From assembly GCA_051362555.1 (NCBI GenBank), contig CM120643.1, positions 7,502,001-7,566,000 of the forward strand: a stretch of 64,000 bases of DNA. The letters run 5' to 3'. The DNA is from Lingula anatina. Taxonomy: Eukaryota > Animalia > Brachiopoda. Shown here piece after piece: positions 39,656-53,296 of the stretch (the first letter of the stretch is position 1; every line of letters starts with the position of its first letter). A model generated the notes under the pieces. That model saw only the letters and a program-made list of their open reading frames with translations, made no database searches and had not been told where the DNA came from. Both the position numbers and the translations under genes were made by a program.

Positions 39656-40206
39656 CAGGCCTACCCAACTACCAGACTCGGCACCTAAGGATCCTGAATT
39701 AACCGGTATATCGGACCACACTACCCGTTTTCAAGGTGTGTGTCAGATCGCATTTTGGAGTATCAGCCAGAACACCGACAGGATGAGCCCTGGCATGCTC
39801 GGCTGTCACCTTGATTGGATAGTAAACGGTTGTCGTAAAATCGCTATATGATTTTAAAACCGGGTGCATAAATTTGAAAGCCACCTAGATGAACCTTAGA
39901 CTGCCACATTAATCTAATACAATGCAAAAAAGCCCTATCAAAAGTGGTTAAAACATTCAAACCGAATGTCGTAAAGTCCCCATATATTCCCATAGAGACA
40001 ATGAAATAGAGTACTCTAAAGTAAGAGTACAGTTTAAGGTTGTTCAGCCGAGCGTGGATGAGCCCGCAGTCGTGCTACAAAATTTGTTCTGGGGTATGAT
40101 ACCCCGAAATGCGATCTGACACACACCTTGAAAACGGGTAGCGTGGTCCGATATACCGGTTAATTCAAGATCCTTAGGTGCTGAGTCTGGAAGTTGGGTA
40201 GGCCTG
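39656..40206. mobile_element. 551-bp MITE, ~120-bp TIRs, 5-bp TSD AGCAC
   Basis: CAGGCCTACCCAACT.CCAGACTC / reverse; AGCAC at 39651-5 and 40207-11. Confidence 0.9.
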
Positions 40207-41786
40207 AGCACGGTCAAATCCAAGCTTGAAACCAGACCTCTCTCCTCCTAGTCTCTCTCCATCAAGATTTAAGTTTACAGATTTTAATGCTAAACTTCAT
40301 CAATTAAAATGTCAATCACATAACTTATAAACTGATTAGTTACTTCAGACAAAAGTCCACCCCGTCATGGTGTGCAAAAACCAGTAATTCCATGTAATCA
40401 AAATCTAACAGATTACTTGCTTGAAACAAAGGACATTAAAATTTTAACTGTTACCGGTAGGTGTAAATTTTGAAATATTATCTAAAGCTACTTATGCATC
40501 TTAGCTTCCCATGTGTGAATTTTATCAGACCAAAAAACAAAAAATTATGAATTTATAACAGATCATGTATGAAAAGTTTTAAAAATTGGTACAATCCTTT
40601 CAATTCACACACTCTCTCTCTCTGTCTCTCCATCTCTCTCTTTCTAATGAATTTCATTAAAATCCTTATGTACATTGTGACATAATATGCTGCTTGCACT
40701 GACAAACATTTAATTATCTTATTATTAAGAAATGAATTGTAAACAAAATCTTTTTTTTATCTTGTTTCTTGGTCCCCTCAGTTTTTGAAAATGTCATCAA
40801 ACTTTATCGATAATTAACTTTTTGCATTATATTTTAAAGAGGCAGATAAACAGAGCAAAAAGCACAACCAGTGATTCGTGGAGAAAATGAATTAAGCTTT
40901 TAAGTCTGTCACTGGAATAATATCATTTCTCAATCTTAATTACTAAAAATAACTGCATGTCAAATAATAGATTTGAAACATAAATCAGTATTCATATTTC
41001 ACTATTAACTGTAAAATGTTTGATATCCTTGTTAATCCCACCTGGTGAATTTCTACAATTCCTCTTCCCTCCCTATATTCAAAGAGTGTCATTTGGTAAA
41101 GATCAAGTAAACTTCTTTGAGGAAAATGTCACCAAAGCTCTATTTTGTGACATTTCTATAAACAATTGCTTTACAAAATTACTTATCACATCATCTACAG
41201 AACCAGCCTGGCATGTGTGACAAATACAAACTGACTGATAAAATCACTTGTTGTCTTTTATCTGGCTAGGTGTAAATTGATGGAATACCATGTTACCTGT
41301 TAAAACTGGGATCCAATATAATTATTTGGATCTTAGCTGTTAATCAATGCTTATTGGAGTGATGACAGACAATTATATACAGTGTAGATAACATCTTTAA
41401 AACATGACATCTGAAGTATTGAAGACAAATGACTTCAACCAATCAGATATGTCCATTGTAACTGACAGTTAACACTGTCCAATAAAATGTCTGTATTCAA
41501 GATTTTATGTAGCAGTAGCCAAATACAACTATATATATTGCTTACATGTAGTATAAAAACTGGGTACATTAATTACAACAAGATCAAACAGACTCCAAGA
41601 CTGGATAAACAGTAATCAGAGATTGTGCAGCTGAATTTTAGACAGGAGCTTTTTTTTACTGATTTTCCATGTGACTGGCTGCATGATGCATAGCAAGTTT
41701 ACTGCACTGGCATAGCAAAGTTTATGAAACTAGCATACAGCTGAGAAATTGTCAGGAAAAAGGACAACAAACAGGAAATAATATCT

Positions 41787-42596
41787 GTGATAAGACTATC
41801 ACAACTAAGTTCTTGTACCATTCATGCAAAAATGCAGGCTGGAGAGAAACTTCACAAGTGTAGATACTGTGAGAAAACTTTTACACACAAAGGCTATCGC
41901 ACCTTTCATGAAAGAATTCACACAGGAGAGAAACCTTACAAGTGTAGATTCTGTGTTGAAGCTTTTAACTGCAAAGTTTCTTGCATCATTCATGAAAGAA
42001 TTCACACAAGAGAGAGACTTTTCAAGTGCAGATTCTGTGTCAAATCTTTTAACAGCAAACTTTCTTGCATAATTCATGAGAGAATTCACACTGGAAAGAG
42101 CCAGAGTAGTTTCTTTGACCAAACTTTCACACAACAAGGGCATTGCACATATCATGAAAGGATTCACACAAGAGAGGAGCCATGTAAATGCAGATTTTGT
42201 GACAAAACCTTTAACAGCCAAGTTTCTTGCAACATACATGCTAGAATGCACGCTGAAGAGATTATAACAAAATCAGCCTCTATTACACATAAAAAAATTC
42301 ACACTAGTAAAAACTCATACAAGTGCACATTTTGTGGAGTAGAATTTGTTCAAGGGCATCGCTGCAAAACACATGGAATAACCCAAACCACAGGAAATCA
42401 TGGCACCAACATTATACAAGAAACTTGTGGCATTGAAAGTGGGAAAAGCAATGTTCAAGATGATGACATTTTTACCTCAGAGAATATCACCATCATTACT
42501 GACAATGATGTCTATGAAATACTTACTGGCATAAAAAGGACCATGCCAGGTGTCATCACAACAATTATGAAAAATCCTTTCTACAACTCAAAATGA
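41787..42596 (+). CDS. C2H2 zinc-finger ORF (4 intact, 3-4 degenerate fingers); first ATG 41832; possibly pseudogenising
   Basis: CRYC/CRFC..H.RIH repeats with TGEKPY linker; an upstream finger (CDKT at ~41785) is out of frame. Confidence 0.8.
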   Translation: MIRLSQLSSCTIHAKMQAGEKLHKCRYCEKTFTHKGYRTFHERIHTGEKPYKCRFCVEAFNCKVSCIIHERIHTRERLFKCRFCVKSFNSKLSCIIHERIHTGKSQSSFFDQTFTQQGHCTYHERIHTREEPCKCRFCDKTFNSQVSCNIHARMHAEEIITKSASITHKKIHTSKNSYKCTFCGVEFVQGHRCKTHGITQTTGNHGTNIIQETCGIESGKSNVQDDDIFTSENITIITDNDVYEILTGIKRTMPGVITTIMKNPFYNSK

Positions 42597-44266
42597 TATG
42601 TTCAGATGACAGATAAAGAAAACTGTCACAGAGTCATAACAGATATATTTTTGGACAATCAATTTAAGAACAATCTCATTTATAACTCATACATTTGATT
42701 TTAACATTTTAACAATTATTATTGCTTTCAAATGTACTGGTTACATTGTGGATTCAATTTTCATCAGACACATTGTCTATTATAGATCATCAATAAGAAA
42801 AGAATTGTACTTAGTCAAATACATGCCATTACACCAAAATATTCATATCTCCTCTCTTTAAGTTTGAAATTTTGCAAAGTCTACTAGATGAAAACCATTT
42901 AAAGCATTTAAAAGTTTTTTAATGTATCAAATTTATATATCCAGTGACATAAAGACAGAATAAATAGTTAAAAAAGAAACATCTTTCTGTTTATTCAGGA
43001 TAATGAATGTTTGATTAAACCAGACATCAAAGACAGTTCATATACAGACATTAAAGAAACAACTAGGCAAGTCAGATGGTGAGAGAGTTTAAAATCTCCA
43101 AAAAAGAAAGGAGGAAAAAAAGAAAAGGAATTACCTACTTCATAAGATATATTACTATAAGCTTTGTCTAAAAAAGTCAATGTTTTCTCACTGATCCCTT
43201 GTTTTTTGACAAACTATCTATAAGTCACTAATGTGTCAGCACAATTTTAATATTTTAAGTTGTTATCAACTGAACACTACAGTCCACCTAACATTGGCAA
43301 CATTCTATATCAGTTATACGTGTGTGATGAGTTTCATAACTGACACAGTAGTAATTTAGATATGTGTATTCTAATAAGAAACATATTAAATGTGTGTTTG
43401 TTAAAACAAAATTGAAGTTCTTCAAAATTAAATTTAGTTTAAGATTTCTTATTTTATTGATTTTAAAAAATTAAATGCATCAGACTTTCCCAAGACTGCC
43501 CTCCGTGGCCCAACTAATGTGTACGTACATGTATTAAGACAAGAAAGGGTGTCTGTTACTGGACTCCTGTCATTAGATCTCCTTTTGTGTAAGCTTACGT
43601 GTATTTCAAGTGCTTATGCAAATTAAATGACCATAATTAAAAATGTATAAAATATTTACATCCATTTCTATTCAAAGACTGACATACAGTAGCAGGTACG
43701 AATGTTAACTTGATTGCCAGAAATATTTTCATTCGGTACTTTTTATTACTATTCATTCAAACCAATGGCTATAATCATGTTTTCCGCATGAAAGGAATTA
43801 AATTCAAATACCAGATTTTGACCATCAATTCTGAACTCTCGAAATGCGGCAGAGTCTGTGTATGATTCTGAAAACAGGGTATTGTGGAGTGGGTGGGGGA
43901 GGGGCATGTCTTGGAGACGGCTTTCTCTCTGTGCTCCAGATCTCGCTTTCGTGAACTCGAATGATTCACGATTTCTTTTGTATATTATTGAGTCACTGTA
44001 CATTCATCTTTGTCTTTGTTATCTTGTTATAACCAATAGGAGAATAACGATATGAAAGGCAAATAAAGACTTAAATAATATAACATCAACACAGATTATG
44101 CAAAAAATACATTTTTCACAAGAAGAAACCTTTATGCCCATTTACATTGTAATGTTAATGTAGAAATAGCGTCTCTCTCTCTTTCTCTCTACGGAGTAGT
44201 ATTCTGACATCAGAAGATACAAAGAAAAATGTAAGCACGACGAACGCTTAAGTAAGTCATTTGTCT

Positions 44267-45002
44267 TCATCTTGATTCCAGGACCTTCATCTCCTCCGGA
44301 ATCACATTAATCTGCAAAAGTTGGTTCAGTTTTGATAATTATTCGTAACCCATTTCACACTTTATTTAATTTGGGTCATTTCATTTTCTTAGTACATCTT
44401 TAGGTTTACTATTTGGAAAATGATTTCCCATCATATTTGATCTGATGTTTCTACCTGTAGTGAAACATAGAAAGCTGAGACGCAGTTTTTTGGTGCACAG
44501 AGAATTTTGAGTGTACATGTACTGTAGGTAAAAGAGACGAAATGTTAACAACTACTTAGTTTACCTTTTCAATATACTTTTAGCTTGAAAATGGCTTTTA
44601 TATTGTTTTTGCTGAATTTGAGCAACTTTATACAACTCTGATGAATATGCATTATAGGGTAGTCATCATTTACTGTGATGGAATCAAATATTTCTAATTA
44701 CATTTTTAACATCTTTTATTTCCAGACAACATAAAAAGGTGTATAATGTTTTACACCTCTAACAATTCAATTAGTGAGATAACAAATCTAACATCAGAAC
44801 ATTCAACATAATTCACCATAAACATTTCCTTTCTGCAAGCATTTGCCTCATTTTCAATTTCCATATTACTGTGATTACAGGACCAACCTGGAAGGGGGTG
44901 ATTAAGACACCCCTGCACACCCCTTAAACAATCAGAGTGTGCCCCAATAGCTTTAACACAGTCTTCACACCAAATGTCAGTCACTATGTCAGTGCTCAAA
45001 GA
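44267..45002 (-). pseudogene. Candidate exons 45002-44817 and 44311-44267 with B-box/coiled-coil-like remnant
   Basis: Phase 0-0 exon DIWCEDCVKAI..CNHSNMEIENEANACRKEM; no usable start exon found. Confidence 0.3.
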
Positions 45003-45419
45003 CTATATAAGAAAACAGAATTCATTATTTTTTAAAGTCACGTGTGAAGATTTTCAACCATGCATATGCACTATTATGATATGTCCTTGTTTATATTACT
45101 AGCAAGACCAAGAATAAAAAGGCCTAGTTTACAGCTAGTGAACTTGGTTTCAGATTATTGTTCAACATTCATTGGCTCCATTCTTTTTTTTAAGTCAGTG
45201 GAGAATTATCAAATCCTCTTCAATGCTGTCAGGAAGCACTCCAAAGGTCTCCTAATTATTGGGTAACCTGTAAAAAAGCAAATGAAAAACTTCAATATTT
45301 CACGATGAAACACTACAGCCATGTGGTATTCTACAGCAAAAATGCTTATCACCTTATTATAAAAATTATTTAACTCCACACAGAGCCGAAAAATGTTAAT
45401 TTTGAAAATATTGTACCTA

Positions 45420-45633
45420 AAACCCTTTACACTGGACAGCGTCCTTTCTGCTTCCTTTGTGCACCCATGAAACTGGCATTGCTGTGGTCGTAGAAAGGAG
45501 GCACAAGTATGACTATGGTTGCAAAATGAATGCTCAATGATCGGCCAGTTGTCAGAACGTTTTTTTTTTTAAATTTCAAACGCGGCCGTACTACAGAATG
45601 CAGAAAGGACGCCACCCAATGTAAAGGGGGCTT
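45420..45633 (-). mobile_element. Harbinger-like MITE, TIR AGCCCCCTTTACACTGGACGGCGTCCTTTCTGC
   Basis: Same family as 58982-59446, inverted. Confidence 0.8.
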
Positions 45634-46528
45634 AAGAAAAGAGACAGAAAAACTGGCAAATGTACAGGCACAAGTCTTAGTAAATATAGCCACACAGCAA
45701 ATTTGAAGTAAAAACAAGGCAGAAAAGCTGTCAAGTGTACAGACAAAAAGTAGAAAATAAAGATGCTGAAAATAGGTTATTTTTGTCAATATTGATGCAA
45801 TAATAAATAATGCTTATAACAGCACAGTCAATCAACACTAAAATTTAATCATGCACAACAGGTAACATGGTCCATAAGATTACAATTTCAGGATCATCAG
45901 AGTTCAAACATTTACCTTTAAACATTATACAAAATCAATTTATGCAATATCATCATTTTTCACATATTGTGAAAAATGAGAAAAAATGATAGTGCATAAA
46001 ATAATTTTGTATAATGTTTAAAGGTATTAACACCAATATTATAGCTTATGTGGAAATACAGAAAATGAACAAAGCTTCGGGTGGGTCGGAGTTAAAAGTC
46101 CCATCTTGATGCCAGTGTTTGAAAAAAAAATTAAAATAAAACATAACAAAAAATATTCCAATAAAGCTGCTATTCAAACTTTTAATTTTAGTTGTATTAA
46201 CATGATATGAATAACCCCGCTGAGTATGATAATAAGGCACTGTTTTTCATCTATAGCATTTATGTTTGCATTACACAAAATAAATTTTTTTTTGTAAAAT
46301 TATTTGCAATATTAAGCAACATTTACCAGCATAATTATCACTGATTCCTAATTATGTGACACTGTTAATTTTAGACTTCTACAAACTATATCTGGCAGAG
46401 AGCTAAACATGTTTACAGGGAAATCTCAACATATGTGTAATATATGTTTACAAATGTAATCTCATTCAATGGCCAGAAAAATCAACCAATCAGACTTGTT
46501 TTCCAGCTGAAGCTGTATTTAAGACCTG

Positions 46529-46748
46529 GGCTCCGTATCTCGAAAGGTTCGCTATGTTGCGCACGCTTGTTAGTGTCTCGATTCCATAACCGATTCTATT
46601 TCGAGATACGGGGCCATGAAATCGAGACACTTGTGTACGTGCAAGTGAGTCTCGATTTCATGGCCCCGTATCTCGAAATAGAATCGGTTATGGAATCGAG
46701 ACACTAACACACGTGCGCAACATAGCGAACCTTTCGAGATACGGAGCC
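46529..46748. mobile_element. 220-bp near-perfect palindromic MITE, CTG TSD (Harbinger-like)
   Basis: CTG|GGCTCCGTATCTCGAAAGG ... CCTTTCGAGATACGGAGCC|CTG. Confidence 0.85.
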
Positions 46749-48888
46749 CTGTTTCTTTCCTGTAATTTCAGTCATGCTGAAACTGTAGGTCTGATCGCTG
46801 ATGACCAGCCAAAACTTGTCAAGATGGTAAAAAATTGAACTTCGGCAGTCCAAAGGACCAGCAAGATATTTTAGTGTCACCATTTTGAATTTACAGTCAT
46901 CATTTGACATACTTCACTAATAAAATTATATATAACCCACAGGGTTTTTTTTTCCCCCTCCATTTACTTATCAGGCAAGATATAAAAAATGATAACATTC
47001 ACAGACAAAGTAAGCTAGCCAATCATAGTATCTGTCTCAAACAAATAGAGTGATTCCCTATGGGGAAGCCCCCTGCTCCCGATATTACTTGCTCCGGCAT
47101 TGTCTACTGCTCACGACACACAGACAGCTATCAAGAGAGTGGTCCATGCTGCCGAGCATATGTTAACACGGCAGGGCAAATGTTTCCTGATAAACTTTTT
47201 TTTTGAAAATAACGTTGTTAGCATAGAAATGAGGTCACCTGATTAACTCAGTAAATTTGATTTCTCAGTTATTGGTACTTCTGCAGGGGCGGATTGAGGC
47301 CGTCTTCTGGGTCTTCCGGAAGACGGTCAGTTTTTACGTTTACATTGACGGGTATACATTTTTTCTGTCGGAAGACGGTCAAAAATGGAGGATGGACTAA
47401 CACAGATAATTTGGAAGACTGTCAGAAAATATCTCTGGATCCGCCCCTGTTCTGTTTATATTCAGCCTGCGGCATATCACCGTTTTACGTAAAGATGGTT
47501 TAAAAGTTTGGTCGCTTCTTCGAACGCAATTCGTGGTGAAAGAACATAAGGCCACACTTTTTTTTTTTATGGATGACATCCTCTGGGGACCCCGAAATCG
47601 GTGTGAGAGGGTGAAAAAAAAAATACTGCTTAAGTAAAGGAATGCTGTAAGTTTCTTGCTAAAAGGTAAAACAGTTTTCCACTTATCATCTTATTGGTGT
47701 TGGATACATGCTAAAAAAAAAAAAAAAAAAAGCGAAAAAAACAGCCTTACTTTTGACAAAATGGCCCAATCATGCTGATTTTTTAGCTTGACCCACGTTT
47801 TATGAATATTCATCAGTTCTGTAAGTTTCAAGCAAAAAGGTAAAATGGCTTTCCACTAATCGTGCTAACGGTGAAAGTGCATGGCGACGACGACAACAAC
47901 AGACGCAGGAAACTGCTATATGTAGAGACACATCTGTGTTTGTACATAAAAGACTGCTGAGATGAGAAAAATATCAATAGAACAATTTTAAATTTCCAAT
48001 TTGCACCATTTTGAGATTCTGAACATAGTGAGATTAAAACTGCACTGATGTGATTTTATTGCCATTTTTGACACTATTACACACTACAAGATAACAGATT
48101 AACTATGAGTAGTCCAAACAGACTGATTTTAAAACTTGACCTGAATATTCATCAATTCTGTAAGTTTGAAGACAAAAGGTGAAATGGTTTTCATTTTATT
48201 TGTATAACCATGGATTAAATATCCCGAAAAAAAAAAAAGCAAAAAAAACAAACAAACAAACAAAAAAAAAAACAGCATAACTTTTAAAAAAATGGTCTGA
48301 ACAGGCTGATTTTCTAACTTGACTTGTATTTTATGAATATTAATCAGTTCTGACACAAGTTAAAATAGTTTTATGTATTTTATCCAATAAGGGTAGATAA
48401 AATATGCTGAAAAAAATAAATTGGAACAATGGTCTGATCAGGCTTATTTTTGCATTTCATTTGTGGTTTTATGAATATTCATCAGTTCTATGAGCTAAAT
48501 GATTAAAGGTAAAGCAGTTTTCATATTAGTTTACTGAACATAATAGTGAAAGTGCACGATGATGACAATGACACCATAAGCAAAGGCTATCTGTCCAGAC
48601 ACATCTGTGTCTGTACACAAAAAATGGTTAGGTCATGCTGAATTTCGAATTTGATCTGTATTTTATGAATATTCATCAGTTCAAAGAGAATAGGTCAATG
48701 TGTCTGTACATAAAAACAAACACCACTTCCAGTGTTGCACTTGACAAACTCTACAAAATGCAATAAACAAGACATCTCAAGGATTTAAAGTTCCAGAATA
48801 AGAGAAACTTCAGTTTCGACACTGAACGGCTGCTTCTCCCATGAAAATTGCACTGATTGACCTCAAACTTAAGAAGTAAAAGGAGACC

Positions 48889-48962
48889 TTAAGAGTAACT
48901 CTTCATTATTATATGACAGCTTATCATTATTGTTATTGTGTAGTTTCTGAAAAAAGGCACAA

Positions 48963-48997
<35 letters not shown>

Positions 48998-51900
48998 AGA
49001 AAATTCCCATATTTACAAAATTTTGGCTGGTTTGACATTGAAAGGATCATTTGCAACAATTGCTACTAGTAAATAAGAAATGTTTGAAAAGAAGACCAAG
49101 AATAACATACATGGACAACATAAAAGAATAAACAGGTCAAAAAAAGTATAGTTCAAGTATTTGAGAGATGTGGTGATCCATGACAGCCAACCTGCTATGA
49201 ATGGATGGCACCCAGTGATGATGAAGTACACTCAATTTATAGAACAATTTTGGGTAAATAGCTTTCAGGCCCAGATCTCAAAACAAAGATGACTTTTATT
49301 GTGTTATCAATATCTGCATTCTTAGCTTAGTTATGCCAAAAAATTTTACTTTGTGCAAAACAGGCAGCAAGCACCCCCCCCCCCCCCAATAGAAATAAGA
49401 TTCTATCACAAAGTGTTACGTCTACTTTAGCCTCTTTCACAATATTTTTAAAAAATTACTCTATGACCTCTTTCATAATATTTTTAAAAAATTATTCTGT
49501 TCAGAAAACTTATCGTGTTACTTCCTTACCTTATGTGAGGGATTTTTTCCAATTCCTCCTTCAAAAACTTGTACAAACTTGCAGATTTCTCTTTCACCAT
49601 AAAAAAAGGCACCTCTAGAACCTCTCTGTATCCTGCTTGATATAGGAAGTGTTTCTTTGCCTTTGTTTCACCTGGTGAATAAAGAAAACCAACCAAATCA
49701 ATGTTAACATAAAACATATTTCAATGTCTTACTGAGAGGAAATGTGTGCCTGAATGCACTGAAATATTAATATTTACACAAAGAAAACCTATTCATGTCA
49801 AAACTTTATCACATAGACATATCACACATTCAAATTAAGATGGCCTCTGTTTAAAGTGTGAGATAATATACTGTTACCTGGGAAATATATACCACAACAT
49901 GTTGAGATTTACTGAGGCAGTGGATTATAGTACTTATTATTTGACATACGTACAGAGAGAAAGTACTCATCCCCCCCCCCCCCAATAAAAAATTACCAAA
50001 AACCAAAAAAGGTACATAGCCATAGTCAAATAACATCTTTAGGTATTACTGATAAATGCTGATTGAAATCAACAAGGCAGGTGCACAGTTTGCTACTTAA
50101 ATATGTTGAATTTATATGAGAAGTGTATTATACAAGCGTCAGTTGTCAAGACATTACTCTCTATCGATACACTATTGTTGTCCTTTGTACCCTATTGTTA
50201 TTCCCAGTACCCCATTGTTGTTATGGCTATCTAAGCTGGCTCTCAGTGCGTAACCAGCAAGTATATAGAAGAAATAGGCTCAGTACAGTGCACTGAAGTC
50301 AAGCTTGTGTTAGTTATAATCTAAAGCCACTCATGGCAGCAGGGTGGGCTTACTAAAGCTATCTCTACATACAACAACCACATTTTTAACTCACCAGTTA
50401 ACATTGGCTTGTTGATTAAGAAATCTTCATCATGAAGAATCCACACTGCTATTCTTCTCCATCTTTCTGGCAAGGCAGACATATTTTCCATTTTGAGGAA
50501 CCCATTTTCATCAAAGACTCTGGGCACCAGCTTCATGTCTACAGGCTCATTCAATTCATTCAAACAGAACTCCACAATAGGACGATATATGGGAAGTACT
50601 GGCGTGACTCTTGCCATGTGGGGACCACCAAGAATCCTCCGTACAGCTGCTGAAACAGCCTGTGTTGAGAAATGCTGACATCTATTTCTCAATTTATCTG
50701 CACAGTATTGAATACCATCTGCTTTGTAAAGACTTGGTGGAATCTTCTTAACATACTTGTCAATTTGCTCTATTTCTAACCTTCCACACAACTCCACAAT
50801 ATTTAAAAACCCTTTTGGCTTCATAACATTTAATGATTCCTCCTTCATCAGACCAGACTGGAAACAACTATCAAGTATTCCACTGAAGACTTCATAATAG
50901 CCATGACGGCACATCAAATCACAAGAAATGGAAAGCAATTTGAAAGGGGGGATATTTCTCCCTTGGTTTTGCACTAAATCAACCACTTTTTTTAAAAAAG
51001 CAATATTTGTATTGCAATCCATTCGTAGGTAAGCATGAACTAATCTATAACCATCCTCCCCATCGATATCTTGTGCATTAGCCACAAAGTTCTCAGCAAC
51101 TTTCAACAGCATTTCATGATCAGAATAATACATTACACTAAATTGCCATGTAATACCAATTTGCTGTCTCAATGGCAACAAAGACGCATGCTTCTTAAAT
51201 ATCTCAGCAAGTTCTGTAACATATTGTACATCCATGAAACCTTTATTCAACTTCTGCTTTTGGGCTAAGCCCAACATCCACTTAATGCACAGAAATGCAC
51301 ATCTCTTGTATTCTTCAGTTCCATCACAAAGCAGAATCTCCAACCCCTTCCATAAAATGTCAGAGGGCACCAAATATTCAACACTTTTACAGAGGCTGAC
51401 ATACCTGTACACTTCTTTCGGCTCAGAGAATTCACTGTCGAATTTCAGCTCCTGTAAAAAATGTCTTACATCATTTGCATCCACCCATTTTCCACCCAGT
51501 TCACAAGAATAGTATATTGCAGATTGTAGAACACTAACAAGCCAGTGAACTTCTTTGCCTCCAAGTTCTTTCCTCTCTAGCTCTGCCTCATTCATCAACT
51601 GCTTCAAGAAAATCCTTATCTGCTCTTCAAAGTACTTCTGCTTGTGTAGTAAAGACAGATGTAACCATCCGTGACAGGCCTCTTTCCTAGACTTAACATG
51701 CCATTCGGACCATACCTGTGACATGTGTCTCTCCAGTTCCTTATAAAACTGAAGGATTTCTGGAGATGGCTGAATTAAAACCCCAACTAACAACAATCTG
51801 TTTAACTGACGTGGAACACTTCCCTCCATCAAACCTTTGTTCATGATGGTTAGCAGGGCTGATGATAACCTGTCATCTTGTAAAAGATGAGTGTTTTGAT

Positions 51901-52354
51901 ATCTTGGCGAATCCCTCAAACATTTAAGACTAACAGCATATATATACGGAAGCACTCCGTCAAGGTCCTTTTCAGCTTCCCGAGCTCCGTTCTCGTAATC
52001 ACTAATAATCTCTCCTTCGCTCCTTCCATCTTGAATGAGGTACCACTTCGCGATTTTTTCAAAACGTATTTTTGTGTCTCTGATGATGGCGTTACATTCA
52101 TCTTTCATCTTGATGCCCTCATATTCATTGATTGTTTTTGTAGTAGAGTATGACAGCTCAGTCCCAGTGGTAACTCTCCCTAACGACCAACCCCATATCT
52201 TGTGAGGGCTTCGCCTTCGTAGTTGAGAGACGGCACATGTAAATCGCAGCGATTGATGGCATTGTGAGGGTTGCGCCAAACACTGAGCTATTCTACCAAC
52301 AAAACTGTGTCGACTACAACTTCGGTAGACATATCTCAGTGCCGAATAAAACAT
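48889..52354 (-). CDS. FASTKD-family-like mitochondrial RAP-domain protein, ~720 aa; exons 52354-50395, 49671-49530, probable 48946-48889
   Basis: Arg/Ser-rich presequence-like N-terminus, helical body; phase-1 splice yields WRRIAVWILHDEDFLINKPMLTGETKAKKHFLYQAGYREVLEVPFF (RAP motif); last exon tentative. Confidence 0.8.
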
Positions 52355-52454
52355 GATTACATGATTAAAATGTTCCCAGTACTGAACACGTCTCCACCAC
52401 GACCACGAGGCGGTTGAGGCAAGCTCGCATTTGTAGAAACGGCAGGTCAGGTCA

Positions 52455-52465
52455 CAAAATGGCGG
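52455..52465 (+). promoter_or_regulatory. YY1 motif in CpG-rich promoter of the FASTKD-like gene
   Basis: CAAAATGGCGG ~100 bp upstream of the ATG. Confidence 0.5.
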
Positions 52466-52646
52466 AAAACGGCATTTCAGGCTACAAGAAAAAATGACAT
52501 AAAAAGCGGAACCTTATACTAGGGAATAAACACCCCTTTCAACGCAATTTGACGTGAACAGCCAAGACCCGTATCTTTTATATCATGTTACCTTTTCTTG
52601 AGCATCTTCCCTGCCTATAAGGACACGAGTTCTTGTAAAAACTTAA

Positions 52647-52990
52647 AGGGATAAGAACTGTTCATTTTGGCCAAAAAATGAATTTTGCTGGGGTAAACAA
52701 CAATTTTCCCAGTCTTACTAATGGTAAATGAATACATTCCGACATTCAAAGTTAGTCCGTGTTTTTTCCTTAAAAGTTTAGTTTTTTTTAATATTCTCTT
52801 AAGCATAAGAGATTATTACAGAGTTTAGCCTTCTATGGAGGTCACTTGGTGTGATGGCAAGCACAAATCCCAGAATAATTGCGTTAACTGCCGTTTTTTT
52901 GTGGTAAAAAAGAATTTATTACATTTCTATGAGTTGTTTACAATGTATTTATTATGAAATATAGATATCATGCGAACAGTTGTTATCCCT
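52647..52990. mobile_element. Kolobok-type MITE, TTAA TSD
   Basis: TTAA|AGGGATAAGAACTGTTC ... GAACAGTTGTTATCCCT|TTAA. Confidence 0.75.
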
Positions 52991-53092
52991 TTAAAGTAGG
53001 TCCTACATGCTGACGCCACAAGATAATAATGAATATGACTCTTGTTAATTACATGTATGTGGACTTTTCTTTTAACAGCAACAATTTCTACA

Positions 53093-53296
<204 letters not shown>

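Noticed and set aside
41805-42267. Antisense and alternative-frame ORFs over the zinc fingers (likewise + strand ORFs 50432-52153)
   Set aside because: Shadow ORFs of real coding sequence
50321-50394. C-terminus ELKMWLL..HEWL of the 677-aa ORF
   Set aside because: Lies past a GTGAGT donor; spliced form restores the RAP motif
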